NCBI GenBank assembly: GCA_038063535.1
Contig: JBBTUV010000001.1
Location: 21,570-85,569 of the forward strand
Direction of reading: 5' to 3'
DNA length: 64,000 bases
From: Patescibacteria group bacterium
GTDB lineage: Bacteria > Patescibacteriota > Minisyncoccia > Phycocordibacterales > UBA9973
This document shows positions 49,726 through 56,997 of the stretch, piece after piece (the stretch's first letter is position 1; each line of letters starts with the position of its first letter). The notes under the pieces are model-generated. The model was not told the origin of the DNA, did no database searches, and worked only from the letters and a program-made list of their open reading frames with translations. Both the position numbers and the translations under genes were made by a program.

Positions 49726-49905
49726 ATGCGACGTGCTGGTGGACGACGGGGTCGCTCTCGCGAAGACGACGAGGGCGAGGGGCTTCCGGATGAGGAGCTC
49801 GACGATGAGGACGAGGAGGACTGGGAAGAGGAAGATGACGACCCCCCTGAAGCCCCCTTTCCTCGTCCGCGGATGGAGGAACCCCCGGGGCGATTCGGAG
49901 ACTAG
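49726..49905 (+). CDS. 59-aa acidic microprotein (below the ORF-track cutoff)
   Basis: TTGACG-17-TATAAT at 49653-49681, GAGGAG 7 nt before ATG, open frame to TAG, terminator after. Confidence 0.6.
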   Translation: MRRAGGRRGRSREDDEGEGLPDEELDDEDEEDWEEEDDDPPEAPFPRPRMEEPPGRFGD

Positions 49906-49922
49906 CTGAATCGCGGCAGCAA

Positions 49923-49966
49923 ACGGGTCGGGCGTGCACTGCGCGCTCGGCCCGTGATCTTTTTAT
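49923..49966 (+). terminator. GC-rich hairpin terminator
   Basis: ACGGGTCGGGCGTGC-ACT-GCGCGCTCGGCCCGT then GATCTTTTTAT. Confidence 0.7.
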
Positions 49967-50047
49967 ACACTGCTCGCGCTAGACAAAAATCGGCCGCTTT
50001 GATATACTTTCCAACGTGAATCTTATTAATTTTTCGTTTAATTTTAC

Positions 50048-50171
50048 CTTGGTTTATAGGAATATCCCATTATGATCCGATCCGGCAAGATGCGCATTGA
50101 ATTTGTTTTAGAAAATCATTTTGTGAGCAACTCACCTCTGGAAATATAGTGGCTTGTTCTTGTAAGCCGGG
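50048..50171 (+). ncRNA. Structured RNA upstream of rny, candidate compact 6S RNA
   Basis: Promoter TAGACA-17-TATACT (49980-50008); 17-bp closing helix with G-U pairs, 8-bp second helix, central bubble with GTGAG-CAA-CTCAC hairpin. Confidence 0.55.
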
Positions 50172-50181
50172 CTAACGGCTT

Positions 50182-51717
50182 ATGAGTCTAGGATTATCGA
50201 TAATAATTTTTGCGGGCTCCGTGCTCCTTGTGGTCGGCGCGGCGCTCGGTTATTACCTCCGCGTCATTGTCGCGCTTGGCAAACGCCGATCGATCGAGAT
50301 CGACATCAAGCAGATGACAATGGCCGCCAAAGAGGAAGCGCAAAAGATCACCGAAGAAGCGAAGCGCGAGGCGGAAGAAAAACTCGAGGCGCTCAAGGGG
50401 GAAGAGCGGAAAAAAGAAGCGGGGTTCAAAGAAACTGAAAAGCGCCTGATCAAAAAGGACGAATTTCTCGACGCCCGCCAGGGAGAGATAGACAAAGAGA
50501 TGGAAGCGATAAAGGTACGGGTAGAGGAAGTGAAACGCGTACAGGAGAAAATAAGCAAGGTGGAAGAGGAGAAACGCGCTGAGCTCGAGCGGGTCGCGAA
50601 GCTTTCGGAAGTAGACGCGAAAGAGGAACTGATGCGCGAGATTGAGAAGAAGAACGAAGAAGACCTCATGGTCAAGATGGTCAAGCTCGAACAGTCGAGC
50701 GAAGAAAAGCTCGACCGGAGGGCCAAGGACATTCTGGCGACCTCGATCCAGCGGCTCGCCTCTTCGACCGCAAGCGAGCTCATGACCACGGTGGTCACCA
50801 TCCCGAACAATGAAATTAAGGGAAAGATCATCGGAAAAGAAGGCCGGAATATCCGCGCTTTCGAGCGCACGGCCGGGGTGGAGCTCATCGTCGATGATAC
50901 CCCGGGCTCGATCGTCATCTCCTCTTTCGATCCGATCCGCCGGCAGGTGGCGCGGCTTGCGCTTGAGAATCTGATCCTCGACGGGCGCATCCAGCCCGCA
51001 AAGATCGAGGAGCTCGTGGAGAAAGCGCGTGAGGAGATAAACAAAATAATCAAGGAAAAAGGCGAGCAGGCGGTTTATGAATGCGGCATTTTCAATTTCG
51101 ACCCTCGTATCGTCGCTATCCTCGGTCGGCTTTATTTCCGCACCAGTTATGGCCAGAACGTACTTCAGCACTCGGTGGAGATGGCGCACATCGCTGGAAT
51201 GCTCGCGGAAGAACTGGGAGCGGATGTGGCCATCGCCAAAGCCGGGGCGCTCGTTCATGACATCGGCAAAGCCCTTGACCACGAAGTACAAGGAACACAC
51301 GTCGAGATCGGCATCCGAATCCTTCAGAAATTCGGCGCGGACGAGAAAATAATCACCGCGATGAAGTCGCACCATGAGGATTACCCTTATGAGTCGATCG
51401 AGTCAGTGATCGTCCAGACGGCGGATGCCATTTCCGGCGGCCGGCCGGGCGCGAGACGCGATTCGGTGGAGAATTACTTGAAACGCCTACAGGAACTCGA
51501 AGCCTTGGTGAACGCATATCCTGGGGTGGAGAAGTCTTACGCTCTCCAGGCAGGGCGAGAAATAAGGATATTCGTCACTCCGGAGAAAATTTCCGACGTG
51601 GAGGCGAAGATCATGGCCCGCGATGTCGCCGAAAAGATAGAACAGGAGCTGAAATACCCCGGAGAAATCAAAGTCACCCTCATCCGCGAGACCCGGGTCA
51701 TAGAATACGCTAGATAA
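50182..51717 (+). CDS. rny: Ribonuclease Y
   Basis: N-terminal TM, coiled coil, KH (KGKIIGKEGRNIR), HD (HDIGK), ADAISGGRPGAR. Confidence 0.97.
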   Translation: MSLGLSIIIFAGSVLLVVGAALGYYLRVIVALGKRRSIEIDIKQMTMAAKEEAQKITEEAKREAEEKLEALKGEERKKEAGFKETEKRLIKKDEFLDARQGEIDKEMEAIKVRVEEVKRVQEKISKVEEEKRAELERVAKLSEVDAKEELMREIEKKNEEDLMVKMVKLEQSSEEKLDRRAKDILATSIQRLASSTASELMTTVVTIPNNEIKGKIIGKEGRNIRAFERTAGVELIVDDTPGSIVISSFDPIRRQVARLALENLILDGRIQPAKIEELVEKAREEINKIIKEKGEQAVYECGIFNFDPRIVAILGRLYFRTSYGQNVLQHSVEMAHIAGMLAEELGADVAIAKAGALVHDIGKALDHEVQGTHVEIGIRILQKFGADEKIITAMKSHHEDYPYESIESVIVQTADAISGGRPGARRDSVENYLKRLQELEALVNAYPGVEKSYALQAGREIRIFVTPEKISDVEAKIMARDVAEKIEQELKYPGEIKVTLIRETRVIEYAR

Positions 51718-51826
51718 AATATACACATTTTCGATTTGCTCTCAAAAAACCCTTGTTATATAATGGGCAAAGTGTAAATTTAATAGAAGCAAGGTCGAAA
51801 GGTTTAGCAAAATAACCATTAAATAT

Positions 51827-52099
51827 ATGAACAAACAAGCATTAGCTGACTGGGTACACGGCAAACTCGGCGGCACAAAGGTCCAAGCCGAAGAGGTTGT
51901 TGATGGAGTCTTTGACGCCATCACCGGCGCTCTGAAAAAGGGGGAAGAGGTGTCAGTAGCTGGCTTCGGAATCTTCTCCGTCAAGCAGCGAGCTGCCCGA
52001 ACCGCCAGGAACCCAAAGACTGGAGAGCAGGTAAAAGTCGCAGCAAAGCGTGTGCCGAAATTCCGCCCAGCCAAGGGGCTCAAGGACACGGTTGCTTAA
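51827..52099 (+). CDS. hup: DNA-binding protein HU
   Basis: GFGIF, ARTARNPKTGE, PKFRPAK. Confidence 0.97.
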   Translation: MNKQALADWVHGKLGGTKVQAEEVVDGVFDAITGALKKGEEVSVAGFGIFSVKQRAARTARNPKTGEQVKVAAKRVPKFRPAKGLKDTVA

Positions 52100-52114
52100 A
52101 GAATTTTTCTCACC

Positions 52115-52146
52115 ATCAAAAAATCCCCTTGAGGGGATTTTTTGAT
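52115..52146 (+). terminator. Intrinsic terminator after hup
   Basis: ATCAAAAAATCCCCT-TG-AGGGGATTTTTTGAT. Confidence 0.85.
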
Positions 52147-52174
52147 TTGGCTAAAATTTGGTAAAATTGAAAGT

Positions 52175-52414
52175 ATGAGAAGCATGGAGTGGAGAAAATT
52201 AACGCGAGAAAGCCGAAACTGGCGGGAAGCAATAGGCGAAGCAGGGATTATCCTTCCCTCTTCCAGTGAAATTTTATCGGGCCGTTCTGCGCCGGGAGAT
52301 TTTGGAGAACCGTTCGCGACGGACATTGTCGTCGATGGTATCCTTTGCGATATCTACCGCAAAAATAGCTCGGAAGATACTATCCCTAGGGTCTTCGTCC
52401 ACCAAAAAGCCTAG
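52175..52414 (+). CDS. Hypothetical protein
   Basis: TGGTAAAAT 7 nt before ATG 52175; fills the gap to lexA. Confidence 0.45.
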   Translation: MRSMEWRKLTRESRNWREAIGEAGIILPSSSEILSGRSAPGDFGEPFATDIVVDGILCDIYRKNSSEDTIPRVFVHQKA

Positions 52415-52422
52415 CCCATTTT

Positions 52423-52986
52423 TTAGTATTTCCTGATCACTGCTTTGACGATGCCTAAAATATTCAGGGAGTGCTCCGGGTAGATATCGGAATATTTCTC
52501 ATTAGCGGGCTCGAGGTGTGGAGCACAGTTTTTTGTGCGGAGATATTTCATTGTGTATTCGCCGTCGACTTCCGCTATCACTATCTCCCCATCCTTGGCA
52601 GTCGTCGCCCGCTCGACGATGACATGGTCGCCTTCTTCGATATGCGCGTCGAGCATGGAGTCGCCGTCGACCTCAAGCATGTAAGTGAGTTCTTTCCTGC
52701 CTATCAAAAAATCATCGAGGTCGACGGTGTCCGAAAGTTCATCAACGTCCGACGGTGGCCCGGCTTTGACGAGCCCAGCCATCGGGATCTCCCCGAAAGA
52801 ATCGCTCGGCACGAGACGGCCGAGATTGTCTTTCGCTACCAGCCCTGCTTCCACCAATTTCTCTACCAATTTGAAGACCGCGTTCTTTGACTTGAAGCCG
52901 AAAAGTTTCAACATCTCGGAGTAGGTCGGCATGCGCCGCTCCTTTCGGTAAAAAATCTCAAGCTTCGCTTGATGAGGATTTTTCAT
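52423..52986 (-). CDS. lexA: LexA-family repressor
   Basis: MPTYSE wHTH, Ala-Gly cleavage site (KAG), catalytic Ser (GDSM) and Lys (TMKY). Confidence 0.88.
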   Translation of the reverse strand: MKNPHQAKLEIFYRKERRMPTYSEMLKLFGFKSKNAVFKLVEKLVEAGLVAKDNLGRLVPSDSFGEIPMAGLVKAGPPSDVDELSDTVDLDDFLIGRKELTYMLEVDGDSMLDAHIEEGDHVIVERATTAKDGEIVIAEVDGEYTMKYLRTKNCAPHLEPANEKYSDIYPEHSLNILGIVKAVIRKY

Positions 52987-52989
52987 GGC

Positions 52990-53199
52990 CTAAAAAGGCA
53001 TCGCAAAAGACGGAAAAATCTTGCGAGCAAGGTTCTGAAAAAAGCTCTGCCTTCTTGAGTAGCGAACTTTTTTAAGGAGGATCTTATGATCTCGCGCTTC
53101 GCGCGCATAATCCTCCCCCCGAAGGATCTTCAGGTCAATGACCTTATTAATCCTCTGCAATTCCCGCTCGACTATTTTTAAATACTCTCTCTGGGACAT
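52990..53199 (-). CDS. Small basic protein co-transcribed upstream of lexA
   Basis: ATG 53199 lies 6 nt after the TATACT -10; ends 3 nt before the lexA start. Confidence 0.65.
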   Translation of the reverse strand: MSQREYLKIVERELQRINKVIDLKILRGEDYAREARDHKILLKKVRYSRRQSFFQNLARKIFPSFAMPF

Positions 53200-53205
53200 G
53201 GTTAT

Positions 53206-53235
53206 AGTATAGGTGAACGCTCGTTCACCTGTCAA
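53206..53235 (-). promoter_or_regulatory. Sigma70 promoter with SOS-box-like operator
   Basis: TTGACA-18-TATACT; spacer filled by AGGTGAACG-CT-CGTTCACCT (GAAC-N4-GTTC). Confidence 0.85.
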
Positions 53236-53264
53236 GCACGGGCTGGGGATACCTTAAAAGGCCC

Positions 53265-54173
53265 TTAATTAATGGCTCTTGGCCTACTCGAGTACTGTTC
53301 GTGAAAGAAAACTGCCATACCTAAAAATACTAGCAAGCCGCCAAAGAAAAAAGGACGGGTAATCTTCTCTCCCAGAAGAAGGCTCGCCCAGATAATGCCA
53401 GCGATTGGTTGGAGGAAAAACGACATGGAGGCCATGACGGCCGTCGCTTTTTTTATGATGTACTGATACAAAATATAATAAAGAACAGTGCCGCCCACAG
53501 CCACATAGATTACACAAAGCCAAGTCGTCAAAGAAATTTCTTTTAGCAGGCTGAGACTTCCTGAATGGAAGGAGAGTAGTAATGTTTGAGAGACAATGGT
53601 CGTGTAAATAAAATACTTAGTCAAAGTAAGAGGAGAATATTCACGTGAATACTTTCGGGAGAGAACCGAATAAAGGCTAAAGACTAATACTGCCCCAACT
53701 AAAGTAAGGTTGCCCGCCAAAGTCCCGTTCCAAACACTCCCTTTCCCAAAAAGAGGTGCGGCCACAATAAAAAGAACACCGATAAATCCCAAGAAGATTC
53801 CCAGCCATTTTTTCAAACTAATTTTTTCTTTGAGAATTACCAAGGAGAAAGCGGCGATGACCAGGGGGCCGGAAGCGTACATAGTAACTGCAATGCTTGC
53901 GGTAGTATGGTCGAGTCCCAAAACAAATAAAAAGACATTCAGGGTTCCCAAGAGGGAGATGAGGATCAGTTTTCTCTTGCCCGCAACAACTTCTTTGGTC
54001 TGAGTGAGCAAATATGGTAGGAAAAAAATATACGCAAAAGCAAAACGTAAAAAGGTAAATAAGTCGATCGGTAGTTCCCGAAGAGCGATCTTAAAAAAGG
54101 TGCCGTTCGCTCCCAAGATTGACATAATAATCACCAAAAAAAGAATTTGATATTTCTCAAATGTTTCTCTCAT
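53265..54173 (-). CDS. EamA/DMT family transporter
   Basis: About 10 TMs, FLRF, LKEKI, LGEKIT. Confidence 0.88.
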   Translation of the reverse strand: MRETFEKYQILFLVIIMSILGANGTFFKIALRELPIDLFTFLRFAFAYIFFLPYLLTQTKEVVAGKRKLILISLLGTLNVFLFVLGLDHTTASIAVTMYASGPLVIAAFSLVILKEKISLKKWLGIFLGFIGVLFIVAAPLFGKGSVWNGTLAGNLTLVGAVLVFSLYSVLSRKYSREYSPLTLTKYFIYTTIVSQTLLLSFHSGSLSLLKEISLTTWLCVIYVAVGGTVLYYILYQYIIKKATAVMASMSFFLQPIAGIIWASLLLGEKITRPFFFGGLLVFLGMAVFFHEQYSSRPRAIN

Positions 54174-55721
54174 TTAATTATTCACTTTCGGGCGGTATTG
54201 GATGGCTTCGAGGATGTGGGTGGGTGCAATTTCAGGAGAGCCAGCGAGGTCGGCGATGGTGCGGGCAATTTTTTGAACTCGGTGATAAGCACGAGCAGAG
54301 AGGCCGAGACGCTCGGCGCTCTCGTCGAGAAGTTTTCTCACTTCGTCGGAAAGTTTCACCATTTTCGAGAGATCCTTCACGTTCATCTCGCTGTTTGTCG
54401 TGATATCGCGGCTGAATTTTTTAAATCTCTCCCCTTGCGCTTCGCGGGCTTGAACCACCCGCTCTTTTATTTTTTCGTTCACTTCCCCCGTACCTTCTCC
54501 GCCGAGCTTTTTATAGTCGACATTCCCCACCGAAAGCCAGATGTCGATGCGGTCGATGATCGGCCCTGAAAGTTTCCGGCGGTAGCGGTCAAGATCCGAA
54601 GGTTTGCAGATGCAGGCCTTCGTCTTCGAACCTAAATTCCCGCAGGGGCAGGGGTTCATCGCCGCGACCAGTATGAAATTCGAAGGAAAAATCGCCGAGC
54701 CTCTGGCGCGCGAGATCGAAACGATGTTGTCTTCGAGTGGCTGACGCAGGGACTCAATTACCCTTTTCTCAAATTCCGGAAATTCGTCGAGGAAAAGAAC
54801 GCCGCGGTGCGCCAGCGTCACTTCCCCGGGTTTCGGATACGTGCCACCACCCACGATCGAGACATAACTCGAAGTGTGGTGCGGAGCGCGAAAGGGAGGA
54901 AAGGGTACGAGCTCCCCCGCCGTCGCTCCGGCGACCGAGTGAATGCCGGTGATCTCAAGCACCTCCGCCGTGGAGAGGTCCGGTAGTATTCCGGAGAAGG
55001 CGCGGGCCAGCATCGTTTTGCCCGTACCCGGCGGGCCGTACATCGCGATGTTGTGCCCACCGGCGGCCGCGATCTCAAGACCGCGCTTAGCGCCCTCTTG
55101 TCCGCGAATGTCGGAAAAGTCGCCGACCTTCTTCTGTTTCCCAGCCCTGATCTCCGTTTTGGGCTGAAGTGGTATGCTCTTTCTGATTTTCCCCGGAAGC
55201 CGAGTCTCATCCATATGTTCGACGACTTCCGCGAGGCTCTTCGCCCCGAAAATTTTTATGCCCGGCACGACCGCCGCTTCTTCGGCATTTTCGCGCGGGA
55301 GGTATATCTCCTCGAAGCCCGCGCGCTTCGCAGCCTCGGCTAGTGGCAGCGCTCCGCGGATCCTGTGCAATGTGCCGTCGAGGCCAAGCTCGCCGAGAAA
55401 AATTTTCTTCTCCGGATTGAACTTTATTTCATCGGAGGCAAGCAAATAGGCAATAGCTATCGCAAGGTCAAAAAACGGCCCCTCCTTCTTGAGGTCGGCC
55501 GGGGAAAGAGAAACCGTGATCTTCTGATTCTTCGCTTTCGGAGATTTATAGCCTGAATTTTTGATTGCTCCGGAAACCCGGTCCTTCGACTCATCCACCG
55601 CTTTGTCCGGCAGGCCGACCACCGAGAAAGAGTGGAGTCCCCGGGAGAGGTCAACTTCGATGGTCACGATCACTCCGGATAAGAGATTGACTTGTGCGGA
55701 GTAAACTTTCGCGTAGCTCAT
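54174..55721 (-). CDS. comM: YifB/ComM Mg-chelatase-like AAA+ ATPase
   Basis: VVGLPD, GPPGTGKTMLA, RAPHHT, LFLDE, AMNPCPCG, SARAYHR. Confidence 0.95.
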   Translation of the reverse strand: MSYAKVYSAQVNLLSGVIVTIEVDLSRGLHSFSVVGLPDKAVDESKDRVSGAIKNSGYKSPKAKNQKITVSLSPADLKKEGPFFDLAIAIAYLLASDEIKFNPEKKIFLGELGLDGTLHRIRGALPLAEAAKRAGFEEIYLPRENAEEAAVVPGIKIFGAKSLAEVVEHMDETRLPGKIRKSIPLQPKTEIRAGKQKKVGDFSDIRGQEGAKRGLEIAAAGGHNIAMYGPPGTGKTMLARAFSGILPDLSTAEVLEITGIHSVAGATAGELVPFPPFRAPHHTSSYVSIVGGGTYPKPGEVTLAHRGVLFLDEFPEFEKRVIESLRQPLEDNIVSISRARGSAIFPSNFILVAAMNPCPCGNLGSKTKACICKPSDLDRYRRKLSGPIIDRIDIWLSVGNVDYKKLGGEGTGEVNEKIKERVVQAREAQGERFKKFSRDITTNSEMNVKDLSKMVKLSDEVRKLLDESAERLGLSARAYHRVQKIARTIADLAGSPEIAPTHILEAIQYRPKVNN

Positions 55722-55723
55722 GG

Positions 55724-56101
55724 CTAGCTCTCGAGATGTTCCTTGCAGGTCCTGGCGGCCGGGTTCGCTTCGAGACGCGCTTCTTCTATCTCCTTCCCGC
55801 AGACCTGCCCGTCCGGCAGGCGGGCTTCACAGATACCAAAATTTTTTCGCTCTAGTCCTTTGAGCGCCCGGAGGATGTTGTTGAGCCTGGGCTCGAGCAC
55901 GCCGATCATCGAGGAGCGTGATTCGAATTCTTCAAAGCGGTCGGCCAGGTCGTTTTGGTCACTCTCGCGACCGGTCACTTCTTCTGGAGTCGCCTCCCAT
56001 TCCCCCGTTTCGGCGTTGAGCTTGCCCATGTCCCGAAGTTCCTCGAGAAGCACGTCCCGCTCCTTCTCAAGTTTTTCTTTCATCTTTTTCTTATCTATCA
56101 C
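55724..56101 (-). CDS. TraR/DksA C4-type zinc-finger protein
   Basis: DQNDLAD coiled-coil tip; GICE[ARLPDGQ]VCGKEI..RLEANPAARTCKEH. Confidence 0.88.
   Translation of the reverse strand: MIDKKKMKEKLEKERDVLLEELRDMGKLNAETGEWEATPEEVTGRESDQNDLADRFEEFESRSSMIGVLEPRLNNILRALKGLERKNFGICEARLPDGQVCGKEIEEARLEANPAARTCKEHLES
55804..55825. repeat. Short palindromic insertion, in frame within the dksA-like gene
   Basis: CCTGCC-CGTCC-GGCAGG-CGGGC; removing 55805-55825 restores CEVC. Confidence 0.75.
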
Positions 56102-56136
56102 AAGTGCATCTTAGCATGATAAATAATTATCGCAAA

Positions 56137-56997
56137 CTACTTTCGGATGCCGGAGCCGGTAAGCCGGAGGACCACTTCGCGCGCGGCCGCGGGGCTTGAG
56201 CCGAGAAGCACCGAGCGCTCGTCGGCAAAAAGGTAAAACATCACCGGGCGGCCGTCGGGAGCGTAAAGGAGGCGGGCGTTCTTGTTCTCGACAAGGCCGT
56301 CCTCGAAATTTTTACCTTGGAGAGATTCAAATTCCAGAGAAACCGGGATTCGAAAATATCGGTAAATGTCGGAAAACATCTTTTTCTCCCAAACGCGCAT
56401 TCCCGGGAAAATATCCTGAAATTCCCTCGCTTGAAGAAGGAAAAAGAGGCTTTTCCCGCCTTCTTTTTCTCCAAAGACACCCAGAAGGAACTCGTCGGAA
56501 ACGTTCTCGATGTTATCAAGCGGAAGGTTGAGGGCGGCTAGGGCAACGAAATGGCGCAACCCCACCGGCACCCCATCCGTAGCAGGTTTGATAGCAAGGA
56601 TCCAGCCTGGACGAACATTTAGTTTTTCTTCCTCTGCCAAGATCGCGGCGACAATCTCGTCTTTCGAAAGCCCGCTAATGGAAACTTGCGTTTCGCCATT
56701 TACGGAGAGCAGCCACTGCGTCCCCTGGGAAGGAACGATGTCCCGGGGAGGAGGAACATGGCTATTCGATACGAAATAAAAAATTATCGAAACTCCCAGG
56801 ATCAGAAAGAGCGACCCGAAAAATCCGTAGATCCGGTTCCCCTTGCCTTTCAAGTGTTTGGGTTCGCTTTCCCGTGCCTCTTCTTCCTCAATTATTTTTT
56901 TTACCAACGTCCCGTGGCTCTCTTCGATCGCGGCGCTCAAATCAGTCGTGAAGGTCTTTATGATCGGAGCTTCTTTTTCTCTTTCTTCTGTCATCAT
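56137..56997 (-). CDS. Single-TM hypothetical protein
   Basis: IKTFTTDL, TM at about residues 57-76, FPGMRVWE; overlaps the pnp stop. Confidence 0.7.
   Translation of the reverse strand: MMTEEREKEAPIIKTFTTDLSAAIEESHGTLVKKIIEEEEARESEPKHLKGKGNRIYGFFGSLFLILGVSIIFYFVSNSHVPPPRDIVPSQGTQWLLSVNGETQVSISGLSKDEIVAAILAEEEKLNVRPGWILAIKPATDGVPVGLRHFVALAALNLPLDNIENVSDEFLLGVFGEKEGGKSLFFLLQAREFQDIFPGMRVWEKKMFSDIYRYFRIPVSLEFESLQGKNFEDGLVENKNARLLYAPDGRPVMFYLFADERSVLLGSSPAAAREVVLRLTGSGIRK

Noticed and set aside
50194-51375. 393-aa antisense ORF
   Set aside because: Shadow of rny; no motifs.
55063-56190. Other GCGGCCGC octamers (55063, 56183)
   Set aside because: Inside Ala-codon runs and lacking the ATGGGA/CATTAT arms.
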